Shown here piece after piece: positions 1 to 12,096 of a stretch of DNA of 64,000 nt; position 1 is the stretch's first letter; the number at the start of each line of letters is the position of its first letter. The stretch is taken from the NCBI GenBank assembly GCA_965261735.1, contig OZ253470.1, positions 3,264,001 to 3,328,000 of the forward strand. The letters are read 5' to 3'. The notes beneath the pieces are model-generated. The model was given only the letters and a program-made list of their open reading frames with translations, did not search any database and had not been told where the DNA came from. The position numbers were made by a program, and so were the translations under genes. The DNA is from Alphaproteobacteria bacterium. Its GTDB lineage: Bacteria; Pseudomonadota; Alphaproteobacteria; SHVV01.

Positions 1-275
1 CTCCTCCGCGGCGCGCTCCACCTGACGGTTCCAGTCCCGCTTCAGTCCCTCCGATCGCTCCAGGGCCTTCCGCGCGAAGGTCGCGGTCCGCAGCCGATCG
101 TGGTAGTCCTGCCCGCCAACGAGGTGGCCAATGGCGCGGCCGAAGCGGGAGAGCGCCGCCCGCACCGGCGCGCCGCTGCCGGACATGGCCCGCGCCGGGT
201 CCGGCGTAGCGCCGTCATCCAATGCGAATCTGGGACCAGCCATGTGGAGGAACCGCTGGCGCCGCAGCTCGCGCG

Positions 276-1724
276 GGTCGTGTCCCAGGACGTGGTGTAG
301 GAGTTGTTGGAGCCTCTGTTAGCTGTGGGTAGGCGGCTTGCCGTAGCGACCGCCGAGAGTCTGGCGTAGGCAAGCCGGCTATCCACAGCGGAGGCCATCG
401 CGGTTCCGGTTTAGGGTTGGGCTAGTGCAAACCAACCTGACCCGAAGGAGAACCACGATGACCCAGGACATGATGACCCTGCGCGCGCTTTTGGAGAAGA
501 GCTCCGATGCCGATCTGCTTTGCGAGATGATCGGCTTCACGGCCGAGCGGCTGATGGCACTGGAGGTTGAGGGCCTGACCGGCGCCGGGCACGGCGAGCG
601 CTCGGCGGATCGTATCACCCATCGCAACGGCTACCGCGACCGGTCCTGGGAGACGCGGGCCGGCACGGTCGAGCTGAAGATCCCGAAGCTGAGGAAGGGA
701 AGCTACTTCCCGGGCTTCCTGGAGCCGCGGCGGATGGCCGAGAAGGCGCTGGCTGCGGTGATCCAGGAGGCCTACATCCAGGGGGTGTCGACCCGCTCGG
801 TCGACGATCTGGTTCAGGCGATGGGGATGTCGGGCGCCTCCAAGAGCCAGGTCTCCAGGCTGTGCGGCGAGATCGACGATAAGGTCAACGGCTTCCTCGA
901 TCGACCGCTGGAGGGCGACTGGCCCTATCTGTGGCTCGACGCCACCTACGTGAAGGTGCGCCAGACCGGACGCATCGTCTCGGTCGCGGTGACCGTGGCT
1001 GTGGCCGTCAACGACCAAGGCCGCCGCGAGGTCCTGGGCGTGGCGATCGGCGCGTCGGAGGCCGAGACCTTCTGGACCGAGTTCCTGCGCTCGCTGGCCC
1101 GGCGCGGGCTGCGCGGCGTGAAGCTGGTGATCTCCGACGACCACAAGGGCCTGAAGGCCGCCGCGACCCGGATCCTCGGCGCCACATGGCAGCGCTGCCG
1201 CGTGCACTTCGCCCGCAACCTGCTGGCCCATGCCGGCCGCCAGGGCCGGCGCGTCGTCTCCGCCTTCGTCGCCACCGCCTTCGCCCAGGAGGACGCCGAC
1301 AGCGCGAAGGTCCAGTGGCGCCAGGTCGCCGACCAGCTCAGGCCCAAGGTGCCCAAGCTGGCAGTTCTCATGGACGAAGCCGAGCACGACGTCCTCGCTT
1401 ACATGAGCTTCCCCAGGGAGCACCGCCAGAAATTGCACTCCACAAACCCGATCGAACGGCTCCATGCCGAGGTCAAGCGTCGCACCAACGTCGTCGGTAT
1501 CTTTCCCAACGAAGCCGCCATCACACGGCTCGTCGGCGCCATCCTTCTCGAGCAGAACGACGAGTGGGCCGTCTCAAGGAGATACATGACGCTGGAATCC
1601 ATCGCTCCGCTGAGCGATGGTGTCCCCATCACGCTGCCCACCGTGGCAGCCTGAACGTCCCGGCCCTACCCGCCGGGAGCCGCGTAGAGCGCAACGCTCT
1701 TACACCACTCCGCGGGACACGATC
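276..1724 (+). mobile_element. IS256-family element, copy 1
   Basis: Imperfect terminal IRs (GGTCGTGTCCC.../...GGGACACGATC); 8-bp TSD CTCGCGCG at 268-275 and 1725-1732. Confidence 0.95.
458..1654 (+). CDS. IS256 (mutator-type) DDE transposase
   Basis: Motifs [36 protein letters not shown]; AAGGAG RBS. Confidence 0.95.
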   Translation: MTQDMMTLRALLEKSSDADLLCEMIGFTAERLMALEVEGLTGAGHGERSADRITHRNGYRDRSWETRAGTVELKIPKLRKGSYFPGFLEPRRMAEKALAAVIQEAYIQGVSTRSVDDLVQAMGMSGASKSQVSRLCGEIDDKVNGFLDRPLEGDWPYLWLDATYVKVRQTGRIVSVAVTVAVAVNDQGRREVLGVAIGASEAETFWTEFLRSLARRGLRGVKLVISDDHKGLKAAATRILGATWQRCRVHFARNLLAHAGRQGRRVVSAFVATAFAQEDADSAKVQWRQVADQLRPKVPKLAVLMDEAEHDVLAYMSFPREHRQKLHSTNPIERLHAEVKRRTNVVGIFPNEAAITRLVGAILLEQNDEWAVSRRYMTLESIAPLSDGVPITLPTVAA

Positions 1725-2504
1725 CTCGCGCGCCTTCCGTTCGGCCAGTTCCTTGTCGTCGCCCCGGATCGCCCCGCGAAGGTCCGAAAGCGCTCTTGTC
1801 ATATGCGTTCCGGCCTCCACGATCCTGTCAAGGTGGACGCCATAAGTTCCCTTGCCGGAGAGGATGGCCTCGCCCGCCGCCGTCAGGCGCTCGGCCTCCT
1901 GCCGCCAGTCCGCGTAGGCCGGAACCCCGGTCAGCTCGATTTCCCGATCCGCCGCAACGTCCTGGAGGGAGGCGCGTGCCTCCATGTGCCGTTCCGCTTC
2001 GCCTGGATAGTCCAGGATATGTTTGCGGGTCGAGACAAATCGCTGGTGATTCTCAAGGACCTGGATCAAGGGCGCCCGCGACTTGGCCGGGATATCCGGG
2101 TTTTCCATCAGCTCCCGGATGCGCAAGATCATGTTCATGTAGCCCTTGGCGTAGAAAGAAGGCGCAAGGCGCGTGGGAGGATCGCGGCCACGGTCCCTGC
2201 TGCGGGAGGTAACAGGTGAACCCACACCGCCACTGAAGCCGCCGATTCGGAAGGCTTGACGACATGCCGGGCAGGCGCGTGGGACGCCGGGAAGGGGCAC
2301 AAAGGGCCGGAGACATGGATTCCGGATTGCGACGGAACGGACTGCGACTTCCGTGCCTGTGTCCAGGAGGGACGCCTCGGGGAAAACGCGCCATTGCGCA
2401 AGAAGCATGGCGCGGTCCGCGCGAACGGCGTAAGAAAGCCGCCGGGGAGAAACCGGAAAATCAGGCAGGCGAACCCGGCCTGGTGACGCCTGTCGGGAGC
2501 GGCC

Positions 2505-3284
2505 ATGCCGGAAAAGTCACGATCGCAGAGCTTGGCGGTTTTGATCGACGCCGACAATACCAGCGCGCGCCACGCGCACGCGATCTTCGAGGAGATCGTC
2601 AAGCTGGGCGAAGCCAACGTGCGGCGCATCTACGGTGATTTCTCGGGCACACGCCTTGCCGGCTGGAACAAGGAGATACAGTCGCTCGCAATTCTGCAGC
2701 ATCAGCAGCGCAGCAACACAACGGGCAAGAATGCCTCCGACATCGCGCTTGTGATCGACGCCATGGACCTGATGCACAAGGGCAAGCTCGACGGCTTTTG
2801 CCTCGTCAGTTCCGACAGCGACTTCACCCGTCTGGCGCAGCGTCTCAGAGAGGACGGACTCGTGGTCTACGGTTTCGGCGAGCGCAAGACGCCGGAGGCG
2901 TTTCGTAGCGCCTGCAACCGGTTCATCTATGTCGACAACCTGATGGAGGCCGGAGCGGACAAGGAGAACGGCGAGGTGGCGTCTCCGGCTGCGGCGAAGA
3001 AGGAGCCTCCATCAAAGGCCGTGAAGATCATCGCCAGGGCGATCGAGGACTCCGACGACTCCGACGATGACGGTTGGGTGAATCTCGGCGGCGTCGGTAG
3101 CCGGATTACCGGCGCGGCGCCGGACTTCGACGCGCGCACCTACGGGTGCCCGAACCTGAGCACGCTCGTCGCGAAATCCGGCGGTTTCGAGATCAGGAAG
3201 GGGCCGGGCGCAGCGGTTCATATCCGCCGCAAGGAGGCAGGCCGCAAGGCGGCGGGGAAAGCGGCGGCAGGTAGAGGCAAATGA
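2505..3284 (+). CDS. NYN (LabA/DUF88, PIN-like) RNase domain protein with C-terminal OST-HTH/LOTUS domain
   Basis: VLIDADN, GKNASDIALVIDAMD, SSDSDF; C-terminal WVNLGGVG...FDARTYG. Confidence 0.9.
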   Translation: MPEKSRSQSLAVLIDADNTSARHAHAIFEEIVKLGEANVRRIYGDFSGTRLAGWNKEIQSLAILQHQQRSNTTGKNASDIALVIDAMDLMHKGKLDGFCLVSSDSDFTRLAQRLREDGLVVYGFGERKTPEAFRSACNRFIYVDNLMEAGADKENGEVASPAAAKKEPPSKAVKIIARAIEDSDDSDDDGWVNLGGVGSRITGAAPDFDARTYGCPNLSTLVAKSGGFEIRKGPGAAVHIRRKEAGRKAAGKAAAGRGK

Positions 3285-4048
3285 GAGAAAGCGCCGGCTG
3301 CGGGCGAAGAGTTCTGGAGCGGGGTGGCGATTACACCGGTTTTGAGGGGACGCGGTCACACTCTTTCCTCGCGTTGAGGAAGTCAAGAAAGCCGTTGCCG
3401 GATCGTGTTCCCCGGCGACCGTGCCGGCCTTTCCATGAACAAGAACGCGCTCCACTATTTCTGGGTCAAGGTGGCATCGTCTCCGGCGCTTCGGGCAGGA
3501 CGGGGCAAATGTCACCGTCGAGCATGGCCTTGAAGCGCTCTGATCATCTGCACGGTGAACTCTCCGTCGTGCGGTGGTCGGGAACAACGACGATATCCTC
3601 CCCCGGACATCCGACCGCCGCCCCGCTCACGGCCCCACTCGGCCTCTCGGCGGCGCGGGATGCACCGGTCGGTGACGGCGGTAGCAGGGCGTCGCGATGC
3701 CGGACCGGCGCCAGTTCGCCGGAATCCCGACAAGTGATGTGCTCGAATATGGTGTGCTCACAGGGACACGGCGCGGGGTCGCGGCCGGTGCGGCTCACCC
3801 CGGCGGAACTGGGCGCCGATCCGCAGCCAGCCATTTCCGATCGTTCCCGGCCGAGGCTTGAACCCGATCCGGTTTCTGTCCATCGTGTCATTTCAATCAC
3901 ACCATCGCGGAGCCAGGTTCGGCGGCGCGGTTTCGCCGCCGAATCCCGGGGCGCATCGCGAGGAGGAACGGGCAATTCCTGCGCATTCCACCGCCGCCGA
4001 CCCGAACGCGGGCACTGGTCGGGGAGCGGATCTCCACCTGGCCGGGCT

Positions 4049-5160
4049 TGTTGGTAGCGACCGTAAATTTCCCATTTGTAACGACCCAAAATTTCTCACT
4101 TTGGGCTTGTCGCTGAAGGCGTCCCGGGCCGCTCTGTTGGCTTTGCCAACAGAGCGGGATCGGTGCGCGGATGTACAAATGGGAGACCAGGATGTTGTTG
4201 AAGCACTATCTGGACCGGGGTGTCTCGAAGGCGGAGCTGTCGAGGCGGTTCGGGGTGAACCGTCGGACGATCCACAATTGGGTCGATACCGGCCAACTGG
4301 ACCGGGATCTGGCGGCCGGTGCGCGAGGGTATTCGCCCCGTCCGCCGGTGGCCCACAAGCTGGACCCCTACAAGGCGATCATCGACGCCCGTCTTGAGGC
4401 GTTCCCGAAGCTGTCGGCGAAGCGGCTTTTCGATGAGGTCCGCGCTGCGGACTACCCGGGCTGCTACTCTCGCGTGAACGACTACGTGCGGGCGACGCGA
4501 CCGCGCGAACCGGTTGAATCGCTGGTCCGGTTCGAGACGCCGGCGGGGCGTCAGGGCCAGGTGGACTTCGGTACGTTCACGCTGCCCTGGGGCCGGCGCC
4601 ATGCCCTGGTGATCGTCCTCGGCTTCACCCGGCTGCTGTGGCTGCACTTCTATACTCGGCAGACCATGCCGGTCCTGATGGAAGGTCTGGAGAGCGCCTT
4701 CGACCGGTTCGGCGGGGTTCCGGAGGAGCTGCTGTTCGACCAGATGCGCGCCGTGGTGCTGTCCGACGACCGTGGGGCCGGCGGCGGCCTGGTGCTGAAC
4801 GAGGAGTTTCTGCGGTTCGCCGCGCACTGGGGGTTCATGCCGCGCTCGTGCCGACCCTATCGGGCCCAGACCAAGGGCAAAGTGGAGCGCCCGATCCGCT
4901 ACATCCGCGAGAGCTTCTTCTACGGCCGCTCGTTTGCGAATGACAACGATCTCAACGAGCAGGCCGTGCGCTGGCTGGAGGGCACAGCCAACGTCCGCCG
5001 GCATGCCACGACCGGGGAGCGTCCTGTCGACCGCTTCGAGCGCGACGAGCGAGCGGTGCTTCTCCCCTTGGCGAACCATCCCTATCGACGTCTCGGCGTC
5101 CGGCATGCTCCGGAGCCCGCGCCGCGGCGACTGCCGGCAACCGTGAAGGTCGAGTCTCGC
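4049..5160 (+). mobile_element. istA: IS21-family left end plus 3'-truncated istA (CDS from 4171); istB and right end absent
   Basis: TG-starting end with repeated GTARCGACC...AAATTTCYCA units; HTH, RFETPAGRQGQVDFG, LLFDQM, AQTKGKVER motifs. Confidence 0.88.
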
Positions 5161-5331
5161 CCTGGCTGGCGGAGTTGGAGATCGGGAGCCTGGTCGGGGA
5201 TGCCGTCCATTGCACCGGCTTGCGTCCCGCCCGCGCCGATTTGGTGGAACGGCTGGATTGGGAGACTGCCGGAGCGTATCTGGAGAAGCTGGCCGGGCGC
5301 GCGGACGAGGAGTGCGCCGCGCTGCACAAAA

Positions 5332-7637
5332 CCGGATATAGGGGAGCGCGCCATGGATGTTCTCGACCGCGCCGATCTCCCATTCCCGCATTCGCTACCC
5401 GAGTTCCAGCGACTTTTCCCCGATGATGCGGCCTGCGCCGCCTACCTGGAGAAAGCCCGCTGGGGAGACGGCTTTGCCTGCCCGCACTGCGGCACGGCGG
5501 GAGAGCCGTTCCACTTTGAAAACCGCCCTGGCGTCCTGCGCTGCCGCAAGTGCCGCCAGAACACCGGGCTGACGGTGGGAACAGTGATGGAGCGTAGCCA
5601 CACTCCGCTGAACGTCTGGTTCTGGGCCGCTTATCTGGTCGCCAGTCAGACGCCCGGCATGTCCGCCGTGCAGTTTCAGCGGCAACTTGGTCTTTCGCGC
5701 TACGAGACGGCCTTTCAAATTCTCCACAAGCTCCGCTCGGGCATGGTGCGGCCCAACCAAGACAGGATCGGTGGACAGCCCAAGAACCATGTTGAGGTGG
5801 ACGAAACCTGGGTTGGCGGGCGAACGCGTGGGGAAGGCCGTGGTGTTCACCACAAGGTTCCCGTCTCCTGTGCCATCGAGGTGCGTCATCGAAAGCCGGG
5901 CACCAAGCTCGACAACCGGAAAGACGGACGCTATGCCGGACGCGTTCGGCTCGCCGTCGTGCTCGACCGTAGCGCCGAGTCGCTCTGTGGGTTCGTCGAG
6001 AGCACCGTCGCGCCGCGATCGCTGATCGTTACTGACGATTGGAGCGGCTATGCTGGCCTCGGTAAGCGCGGCTATGAGCACTTCGCTGTTGCCGAGTGTG
6101 GTGGGTCGTGTCCCAGGACGTGGTGTAGGAGTTGTTGGAGCCTCTGTTAGCTGTGGGTAGGCGGCTTGCCGTAGCGACCGCCGAGAGTCTGGCGTAGGCA
6201 AGCCGGCTATCCACAGCGGAGGCCATCGCGGTTCCGGTTTAGGGTTGGGCTAGTGCAAACCAACCTGACCCGAAGGAGAACCACGATGACCCAGGACATG
6301 ATGACCCTGCGCGCGCTTTTGGAGAAGAGCTCCGATGCCGATCTGCTTTGCGAGATGATCGGCTTCACGGCCGAGCGGCTGATGGCACTGGAGGTTGAGG
6401 GCCTGACCGGCGCCGGGCACGGCGAGCGCTCGGCGGATCGTATCACCCATCGCAACGGCTACCGCGACCGGTCCTGGGAGACGCGGGCCGGCACGGTCGA
6501 GCTGAAGATCCCGAAGCTGAGGAAGGGGAGCTACTTCCCGGGCTTCCTGGAGCCGCGGCGGATGGCCGAGAAGGCGCTGGCTGCGGTGATCCAGGAGGCC
6601 TACATCCAGGGGGTGTCGACCCGCTCGGTCGACGATCTGGTTCAGGCGATGGGGATGTCGGGCGCCTCCAAGGAGCCAGGTCTCCAGGCTGTGCGGCGAG
6701 ATCGACGATAAGGTCAACGGCTTCCTCGATCGACCGCTGGAGGGCGACTGGCCCTATCTGTGGCTCGACGCCACCTACGTGAAGGTGCGCCAGACCGGAC
6801 GCATCGTCTCGGTCGCGGTGACCGTGGCTGTGGCCGTCAACGACCAAGGCCGCCGCGAGGTCCTGGGCGTGGCGATCGGCGCGTCGGAGGCCGAGACCTT
6901 CTGGACCGAGTTCCTGCGCTCGCTGGCCCGGCGCGGGCTGCGCGGCGTGAAGCTGGTGATCTCCGACGACCACAAGGGCCTGAAGGCCGCCGCGACCCGG
7001 ATCCTCGGCGCCACATGGCAGCGCTGCCGCGTGCACTTCGCCCGCAACCTGCTGGCCCATGCCGGCCGCCAGGGCCGGCGCGTCGTCTCCGCCTTCGCCC
7101 AGGAGGACGCCGACAGCGCGAAGGTCCAGTGGCGCCAGGTCGCCGACCAGCTCAGGCCCAAGGTGCCCAAGCTGGCAGTTCTCATGGACGAAGCCGAGCA
7201 CGACGTCCTCGCCTACATGAGCTTCCCCAGGGAGCACCGCCAGAAATTGCACTCCACAAACCCGATCGAACGGCTCCATGCCGAGGTCAAGCGTCGCACC
7301 AACGTCGTCGGTATCTTTCCCAACGAAGCCGCCATCACACGGCTCGTCGGCGCCATCCTTCTCGAGCAGAACGACGAGTGGGCCGTCTCAAGGAGATACA
7401 TGACGCTGGAATCCATCGCTCCGCTGAGCGATGGTGTCCCCATCACGCTGCCCACCGTGGCAGCCTGAACGTCCCGGCCCTACCCGCCGGGAGCCGCGTA
7501 GAGCGCAACGCTCTTACACCACTCCGCGGGACACGATCGTGTGGTGATCCAGAGGTTGCCGAGCAATACCTGCCGATCATCCATCTGGTTTTCGCCAACC
7601 TGAAGACGTGGCTGATCGGTATCCACCACGGCGTTAG
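5332..7637 (+). mobile_element. IS1595-family element, both ends lost, interrupted by IS256
   Basis: CPHC...CRKC zinc ribbon, VEVDETWVGG, VTDDW; near-identical to 42579-43626; resumes at 7539 after the IS256. Confidence 0.9.
6104..7538 (+). mobile_element. IS256-family element, copy 2, frameshifted transposase
   Basis: Near-identical to copy 1; TSD GTGTGGTG at 6096-6103 and 7539-7546; extra G near 6672 and a 15-bp deletion near 7095. Confidence 0.93.
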
Positions 7638-8365
7638 TCATAGGACCAGACGTGATTGGGCCAGCACGGCCGCAGACGGATGCAGGATCCGTCGTTGAGC
7701 CACAGCCTGCCCCGTTTCGGTTGCTTCTGTGGGACCTTCAGCCCCTCCCGCCACCAGATGCGCTGGACCCGCTTGGCGTTCACGTGCCAACCTTCGGTCC
7801 TGAGCAAGGCAGTGATCCGCCGATAGCCATATCTGCCATACTGGCTGGTCAAGCGGATGATCGCGGCCGTGAGTGCCTCTTCATCATCCCGACCACGGGG
7901 TCTCTTGCGCTGGGTTGAGCGATGTTGGCCTGCAACAGCACAGGCACGTCGCTCGGAGATTCCCAATTCGGCCTGGAGATGATCAACACACTGCCGGCGA
8001 CGGGCGGGGCTTAGCAGTTTCCCTCAAGCGCCTCTTTCAAGATCAGCTTATCCAACGTCAGATCCGAGATCGCCTTCCGGAGACGGCCATTCTCCTTCTC
8101 CAGGTCCTTCAGACGCTTGGCCTGGTCAGTACGAAGGCCGCCATATTCCTTGCGCCAGCGATAGTAACTCTGCTCCGATACGCCGAGCGTGCGACAAGCT
8201 TGACCAATGGACTGGCCCTGCGCCAAGGCCACCTCGGCTTCGCGCAACATGCTGATAATCTGTTCTGGGGTGTAGCGTTTACGGCTCATTTTGTCCTCCT
8301 TTCGAGGGGGCAAAATGCGCCAAACTCTCTTAACAAATTTGGACCACTTTTAGGGGGTCACTCCA
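7638..8365 (-). mobile_element. IS3-family element: orfA (8011-8290) plus truncated orfB
   Basis: End TGGAGTGACCCCC at 8365; orfA MSRKRYTPEQII...YYRWRKEYGG; orfB YGRYGYRRIT...PNHVWSYD cut before the DDE core is complete. Confidence 0.88.
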
Positions 8366-8820
8366 GTTGAGCTCGGTGGTGGTGCCGGTCTGAATGCAGA
8401 TCGAGGCGCCGTCGAGCCCCTTGGCGCTCATTATGCCAAGCGCCTTGCGGCCGATGAAGCTCTGGCCGTCATAGTAGCTGACGCCAATGAAGGTGAAGCC
8501 GAGGTCGACATCGCGCGACAGCGTCCAGGTCGTGTTGCGCGACAGCACGTCGATCTCGCCCGAAGCCAGCGCCGGGAACCGGTTCTTACCGGTCAGGTTA
8601 ACGTAGGAGACCTTGTCCGCATCGCCCAGCACGGCGTCGGCCAGCGCCCGGCAATAGGCGACGTCGAAGGCCGGTCCAGTTGCCCTCGTCGTCGGTGAAG
8701 GCGAAGCCCGGCAGGCCCGTGTTGATGCCGCATTTGAGCGTGCCTGCGGCCTTCATGTCGTCGAGAGTCGCTGCCTGGCCCGGCATCACGCCTGCGACCA
8801 TGAGCGCACCGACCGCCGCG
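8366..8820 (-). pseudogene. Partial duplicate of the aapJ 5' half
   Basis: Near-identical to 12643-13096, with several missense changes and a +1 frameshift near 8670. Confidence 0.9.
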
Positions 8821-8920
8821 GCTTTCTGGGTGCGGACCGGTGCTGAGACCCAGCGGCCCAGGCGTGGCGCACCAGCCGCGCAGGGGCCCGACGCGAGCGC
8901 GGCGACCCCCGCTGTCGGAT

Positions 8921-9685
8921 CTACAATATCTGGTTCAGGAACAGCTTGGTCCGGTCGGACTGCGGGTTGTTGAAGAACTCGTCTGGCGTATTCTGCTCGA
9001 CGATCTGGCCGGCATCCATAAAGATCACGCGATCGGCGACCTGGGCGGCGAATCCCATCTCGTGGGTGACGACCAGCATGGTCATGCCGCTTTCGGCGAG
9101 ATCGACCATGACTTCGAGGACTTCCTTGATCATCTCGGGATCGAGCGCCGAGGTCGGCTCGTCGAACAGCATGATGTTGGGCTGCATGCATAGAGCGCGC
9201 GCGATCGCCACCCGCTGCTGCTGGCCGCCCGAGAGCTGGCCCGGATATTTATCCGCCTGCTCGGGAATCTTGACTCGCTCGAGATACTGCATTGCGATCT
9301 TCTGCGCCTCGGCCTTCGGCCTCTTGCGCACCCAGATCGGCGCCAGCGTGCAGTTTTCCAGCACCGTCAGATGCGGAAACAAATTGAACTGCTGGAAGAC
9401 CATGCCGACCTCGCGGCGGATGGCGTCGATGTTCTTGAGATTGTGTGTCAGCTCGGTGCCGTCGACGCTGACCTCGCCTTCTTGATATTCCTCAAGCCTA
9501 TTGATGCAGCGGATCAATGTCGATTTTCCGGACCCCGACGGCCCGCAGATGACGATGCGTTCGCGCCGCGCCACCGACAGATCGATGTCGCGGAGCACGT
9601 GAAACCGGCCGAACCACTTGTTGAGCCCCGTGATCTCGATGATCGGTTCCTCGGCATTCGTCGGTTTTGTTTCGGCCGTCGGCAT
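8921..9685 (-). CDS. aapP: General L-amino acid ABC transporter ATP-binding protein
   Basis: [25 protein letters not shown]; operon position. Confidence 0.92.
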   Translation of the reverse strand: MPTAETKPTNAEEPIIEITGLNKWFGRFHVLRDIDLSVARRERIVICGPSGSGKSTLIRCINRLEEYQEGEVSVDGTELTHNLKNIDAIRREVGMVFQQFNLFPHLTVLENCTLAPIWVRKRPKAEAQKIAMQYLERVKIPEQADKYPGQLSGGQQQRVAIARALCMQPNIMLFDEPTSALDPEMIKEVLEVMVDLAESGMTMLVVTHEMGFAAQVADRVIFMDAGQIVEQNTPDEFFNNPQSDRTKLFLNQIL

Positions 9686-9697
9686 GATGCCCGCTCC

Positions 9698-10810
9698 CTA
9701 ACGTTTCGTCGTGTCCAGGCGCTTTTCGAGGTTGATCGAGTAGCGCGACATGCCGAAGCAGATGACGAAGAAGAACAACGCCGCCAGCACGTAGGTTTCG
9801 TAGTCGACCGTGCCGAGCCAGTCGGGGTTGGTCTGGAGGAGGCGCGCCTGACCCAATATGTCGAATAGGCCGATGATAATGACCAGCGTGGTGTCCTTGA
9901 ACAGGCCGATGAAGGTGTTGACGATGCTCGGAATGGAGATCTTCAGCGCCTGCGGCAGAACCACGAGCCGCATCATCCGCCCGTAGCTCAGACCTATCGC
10001 CTGGGCCGCTTCGTACTGGCCCTGGGGGATCGCCTGCAGCCCGCCGCGGATCACCTCGGCCATATAGGCAGAGGCGAACAGCGTGATCATGATCATCACG
10101 CGCATCAACTGGTCGAGCGAGACTTCCGGCGGCAGGAAGAGCTGCAGGATGACGATGGCAACGAACAGCAGGGTGATCAACGGCACACCCCGGATAAACT
10201 CGATGAACGCGACCGACAGGATGCGGATCACCGGCATGCGCGAGCGCCGGCCAAGCGCCAGCAGGATGCCGATCGGCAGCGACAGCAGAATTCCCGTCAA
10301 GCCGGCGACGAGGTTGAGCATGAAGCCGCCGAACCTGTCGGTGGTCACACCCTCGAGGCCAAAGCCGCCGATCAGCAGGAACGTCGCGATCACGGGATAG
10401 GCGAGCGAGAACCAGCGCCCGTAGCGCACGTAGGGCAATTTGCCGAACAGCAGGTAGGCAAGCGCCGGCACCAGCAGGATGACGGCCAAGTTGACGCGCC
10501 AATAGGCCCCGCTCGGATAGGAGCCGTAGAGGAACTGGTCGATACGCTGGTCAAGCCAAGCCCAACAGGCGCCCTCAGCCGTGCATTCCTTGCCGGTGGC
10601 GCCGGTGAAGTCGGCGTCGATCAGTGCCCAGTTGACCACCGGCGGCACGATCAACCACAGAAGCGCGAGCGCGAGCAGCGTCAGTACCGTACTCAAATAG
10701 CTTGAGAACAGATTTGCGCGCACCCAGCCGATCAAACCGACGCTGGTGATTGGCGGCGCCCGTTCAGGCAGCATGTCCGCCTGGCTGCGATGGAAGACCC
10801 GGTCGGTCAT
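9698..10810 (-). CDS. aapM: General L-amino acid ABC transporter permease
   Basis: WVRANLFSS, GACW, FIEFIRGVPLI, EAA loop. Confidence 0.9.
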   Translation of the reverse strand: MTDRVFHRSQADMLPERAPPITSVGLIGWVRANLFSSYLSTVLTLLALALLWLIVPPVVNWALIDADFTGATGKECTAEGACWAWLDQRIDQFLYGSYPSGAYWRVNLAVILLVPALAYLLFGKLPYVRYGRWFSLAYPVIATFLLIGGFGLEGVTTDRFGGFMLNLVAGLTGILLSLPIGILLALGRRSRMPVIRILSVAFIEFIRGVPLITLLFVAIVILQLFLPPEVSLDQLMRVMIMITLFASAYMAEVIRGGLQAIPQGQYEAAQAIGLSYGRMMRLVVLPQALKISIPSIVNTFIGLFKDTTLVIIIGLFDILGQARLLQTNPDWLGTVDYETYVLAALFFFVICFGMSRYSINLEKRLDTTKR

Positions 10811-11997
10811 CGCTCCACCAGCGCGATGCGTTTGTTGTACCAGTTCATGAACGCCGAGGTGAGCAGGCTGAGCACAAGATAGAAGCTCATATAGATCGAG
10901 ATCACCTCGAGCGCCCGACCGCTCTGATTGAGGATGGTATCCCCGATCGAGACCATGTCCTGGTAACCGATGGCGACGGCGAGCGAGGAGTTCTTGGCCA
11001 AGTTGAGATACTGGCTAGTCGCCGGCGGGATGATCACGCGCAATGCCTGCGGCAGGATGATCTTGCGCATCGTCAACCCGCGCCTGAGCCCGAGCGCGCT
11101 GGCCGCCTCGGTCTGCCCCTTGGAGACCGAGAGAATACCGGCGCGGACGATCTCGGAGATGAAGGCGCCGGTATAGGCCGACAGCGCTATCCACAGCGCG
11201 ATCAGCTCCGGCGTGATGTTTAGACCGCCTTCGAAATTGAAACGCTTGGCAACCGGCAGCTCGAAATCGAGCGGCTGGCCGATGATGAAATAGACGATCA
11301 GCGGAATGCCGACGACCAGCCCGAGGCCGGTCCAACTGACCGGAAATGTCCGGCCCGTCGCGTCCTGGCGCGGCCTGGCCCAGCGGGAGACCAGGACGGT
11401 CCCGATGACACCCGCGAAGATCATCGCCAGCACGATCGCCGATCCGTCCTCGAAAATCGGCGCGGGTATGCGCACGCCGCGGTTGTTGAGGAAGATCGAA
11501 TCGCCGATCGACAGGCTCCCGCGCACCCGCGGCAGCGCCAGCAAGATCAACCACCAGAAAATGATCTGCAGGAGCACCGGGACGTTGCGGATGCACTCGA
11601 CATAGACGGCCGCCATTCGGCTGATCAGGTAGTTGTTGGAAAGCCGCAGGACGCCGGCGAGGAAGCCGATGACCGTCGCGGTGACGACGCCCATCGCGGC
11701 GACGAGAATGGTGTTGAGGCCGCCGACGATGAACGCACGTCCGTAGGTCGAGGTCGAGGAGTACTCGATGAGCCGCTGGTTGATGTCGAACGAGGCGGTA
11801 TCGAACAAGAAGCCGTAGCCGGAGGCGAGGCCGGCGCGCTGCAAATTGGCAATCGTATTCGAGGCGATGAAGGCGATGAACAGCGCCAGCCCGAGCACCA
11901 GCAGCAACTGGAAGATCACGCCTCGGGCGCGCTCGTCCGTCCACACGCGGCTGAATTCGATCCGGCCGTCGCCGGCGGCGGCTGCGTTTTTAGCCAC
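10807..11997 (-). CDS. aapQ: General L-amino acid ABC transporter permease
   Basis: GYGFL...ASFDI, YVECIRNVPVL, GQTEAA, KNSSLAVAIGY. Confidence 0.9.
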   Translation of the reverse strand: MAKNAAAAGDGRIEFSRVWTDERARGVIFQLLLVLGLALFIAFIASNTIANLQRAGLASGYGFLFDTASFDINQRLIEYSSTSTYGRAFIVGGLNTILVAAMGVVTATVIGFLAGVLRLSNNYLISRMAAVYVECIRNVPVLLQIIFWWLILLALPRVRGSLSIGDSIFLNNRGVRIPAPIFEDGSAIVLAMIFAGVIGTVLVSRWARPRQDATGRTFPVSWTGLGLVVGIPLIVYFIIGQPLDFELPVAKRFNFEGGLNITPELIALWIALSAYTGAFISEIVRAGILSVSKGQTEAASALGLRRGLTMRKIILPQALRVIIPPATSQYLNLAKNSSLAVAIGYQDMVSIGDTILNQSGRALEVISIYMSFYLVLSLLTSAFMNWYNKRIALVER

Positions 11998-12096
11998 CGT
12001 CCCGCAGCTTTACATGTCGTGCGGTTTTGCCCGCAAGCCGGTCACGCCACCGCCCCGCCCGGAGAGCGCCGAGCGGGACGACCATATCGTGAACGC

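Larger units (their letters stand above)
1..2408 (-). pseudogene. Helical protein of unknown function split by IS256 and running off the left edge (5' end uncertain)
   Basis: Removing 276-1724 and one TSD copy joins ...DDKELAERKARE to LRRQRFLHMAG...DWNRQVERAAEE in an open frame to position 1. Confidence 0.55.

Noticed and set aside
3285-4048. Possible S24-peptidase or relaxase remnant (DIVVV...DGEFTV; RFKAMLDG)
   Set aside because: The short motifs are in different frames and too weak to call
4171-6150. 659-aa ORF as a genuine novel transposase
   Set aside because: It is a chimera of truncated elements and ends inside IS256
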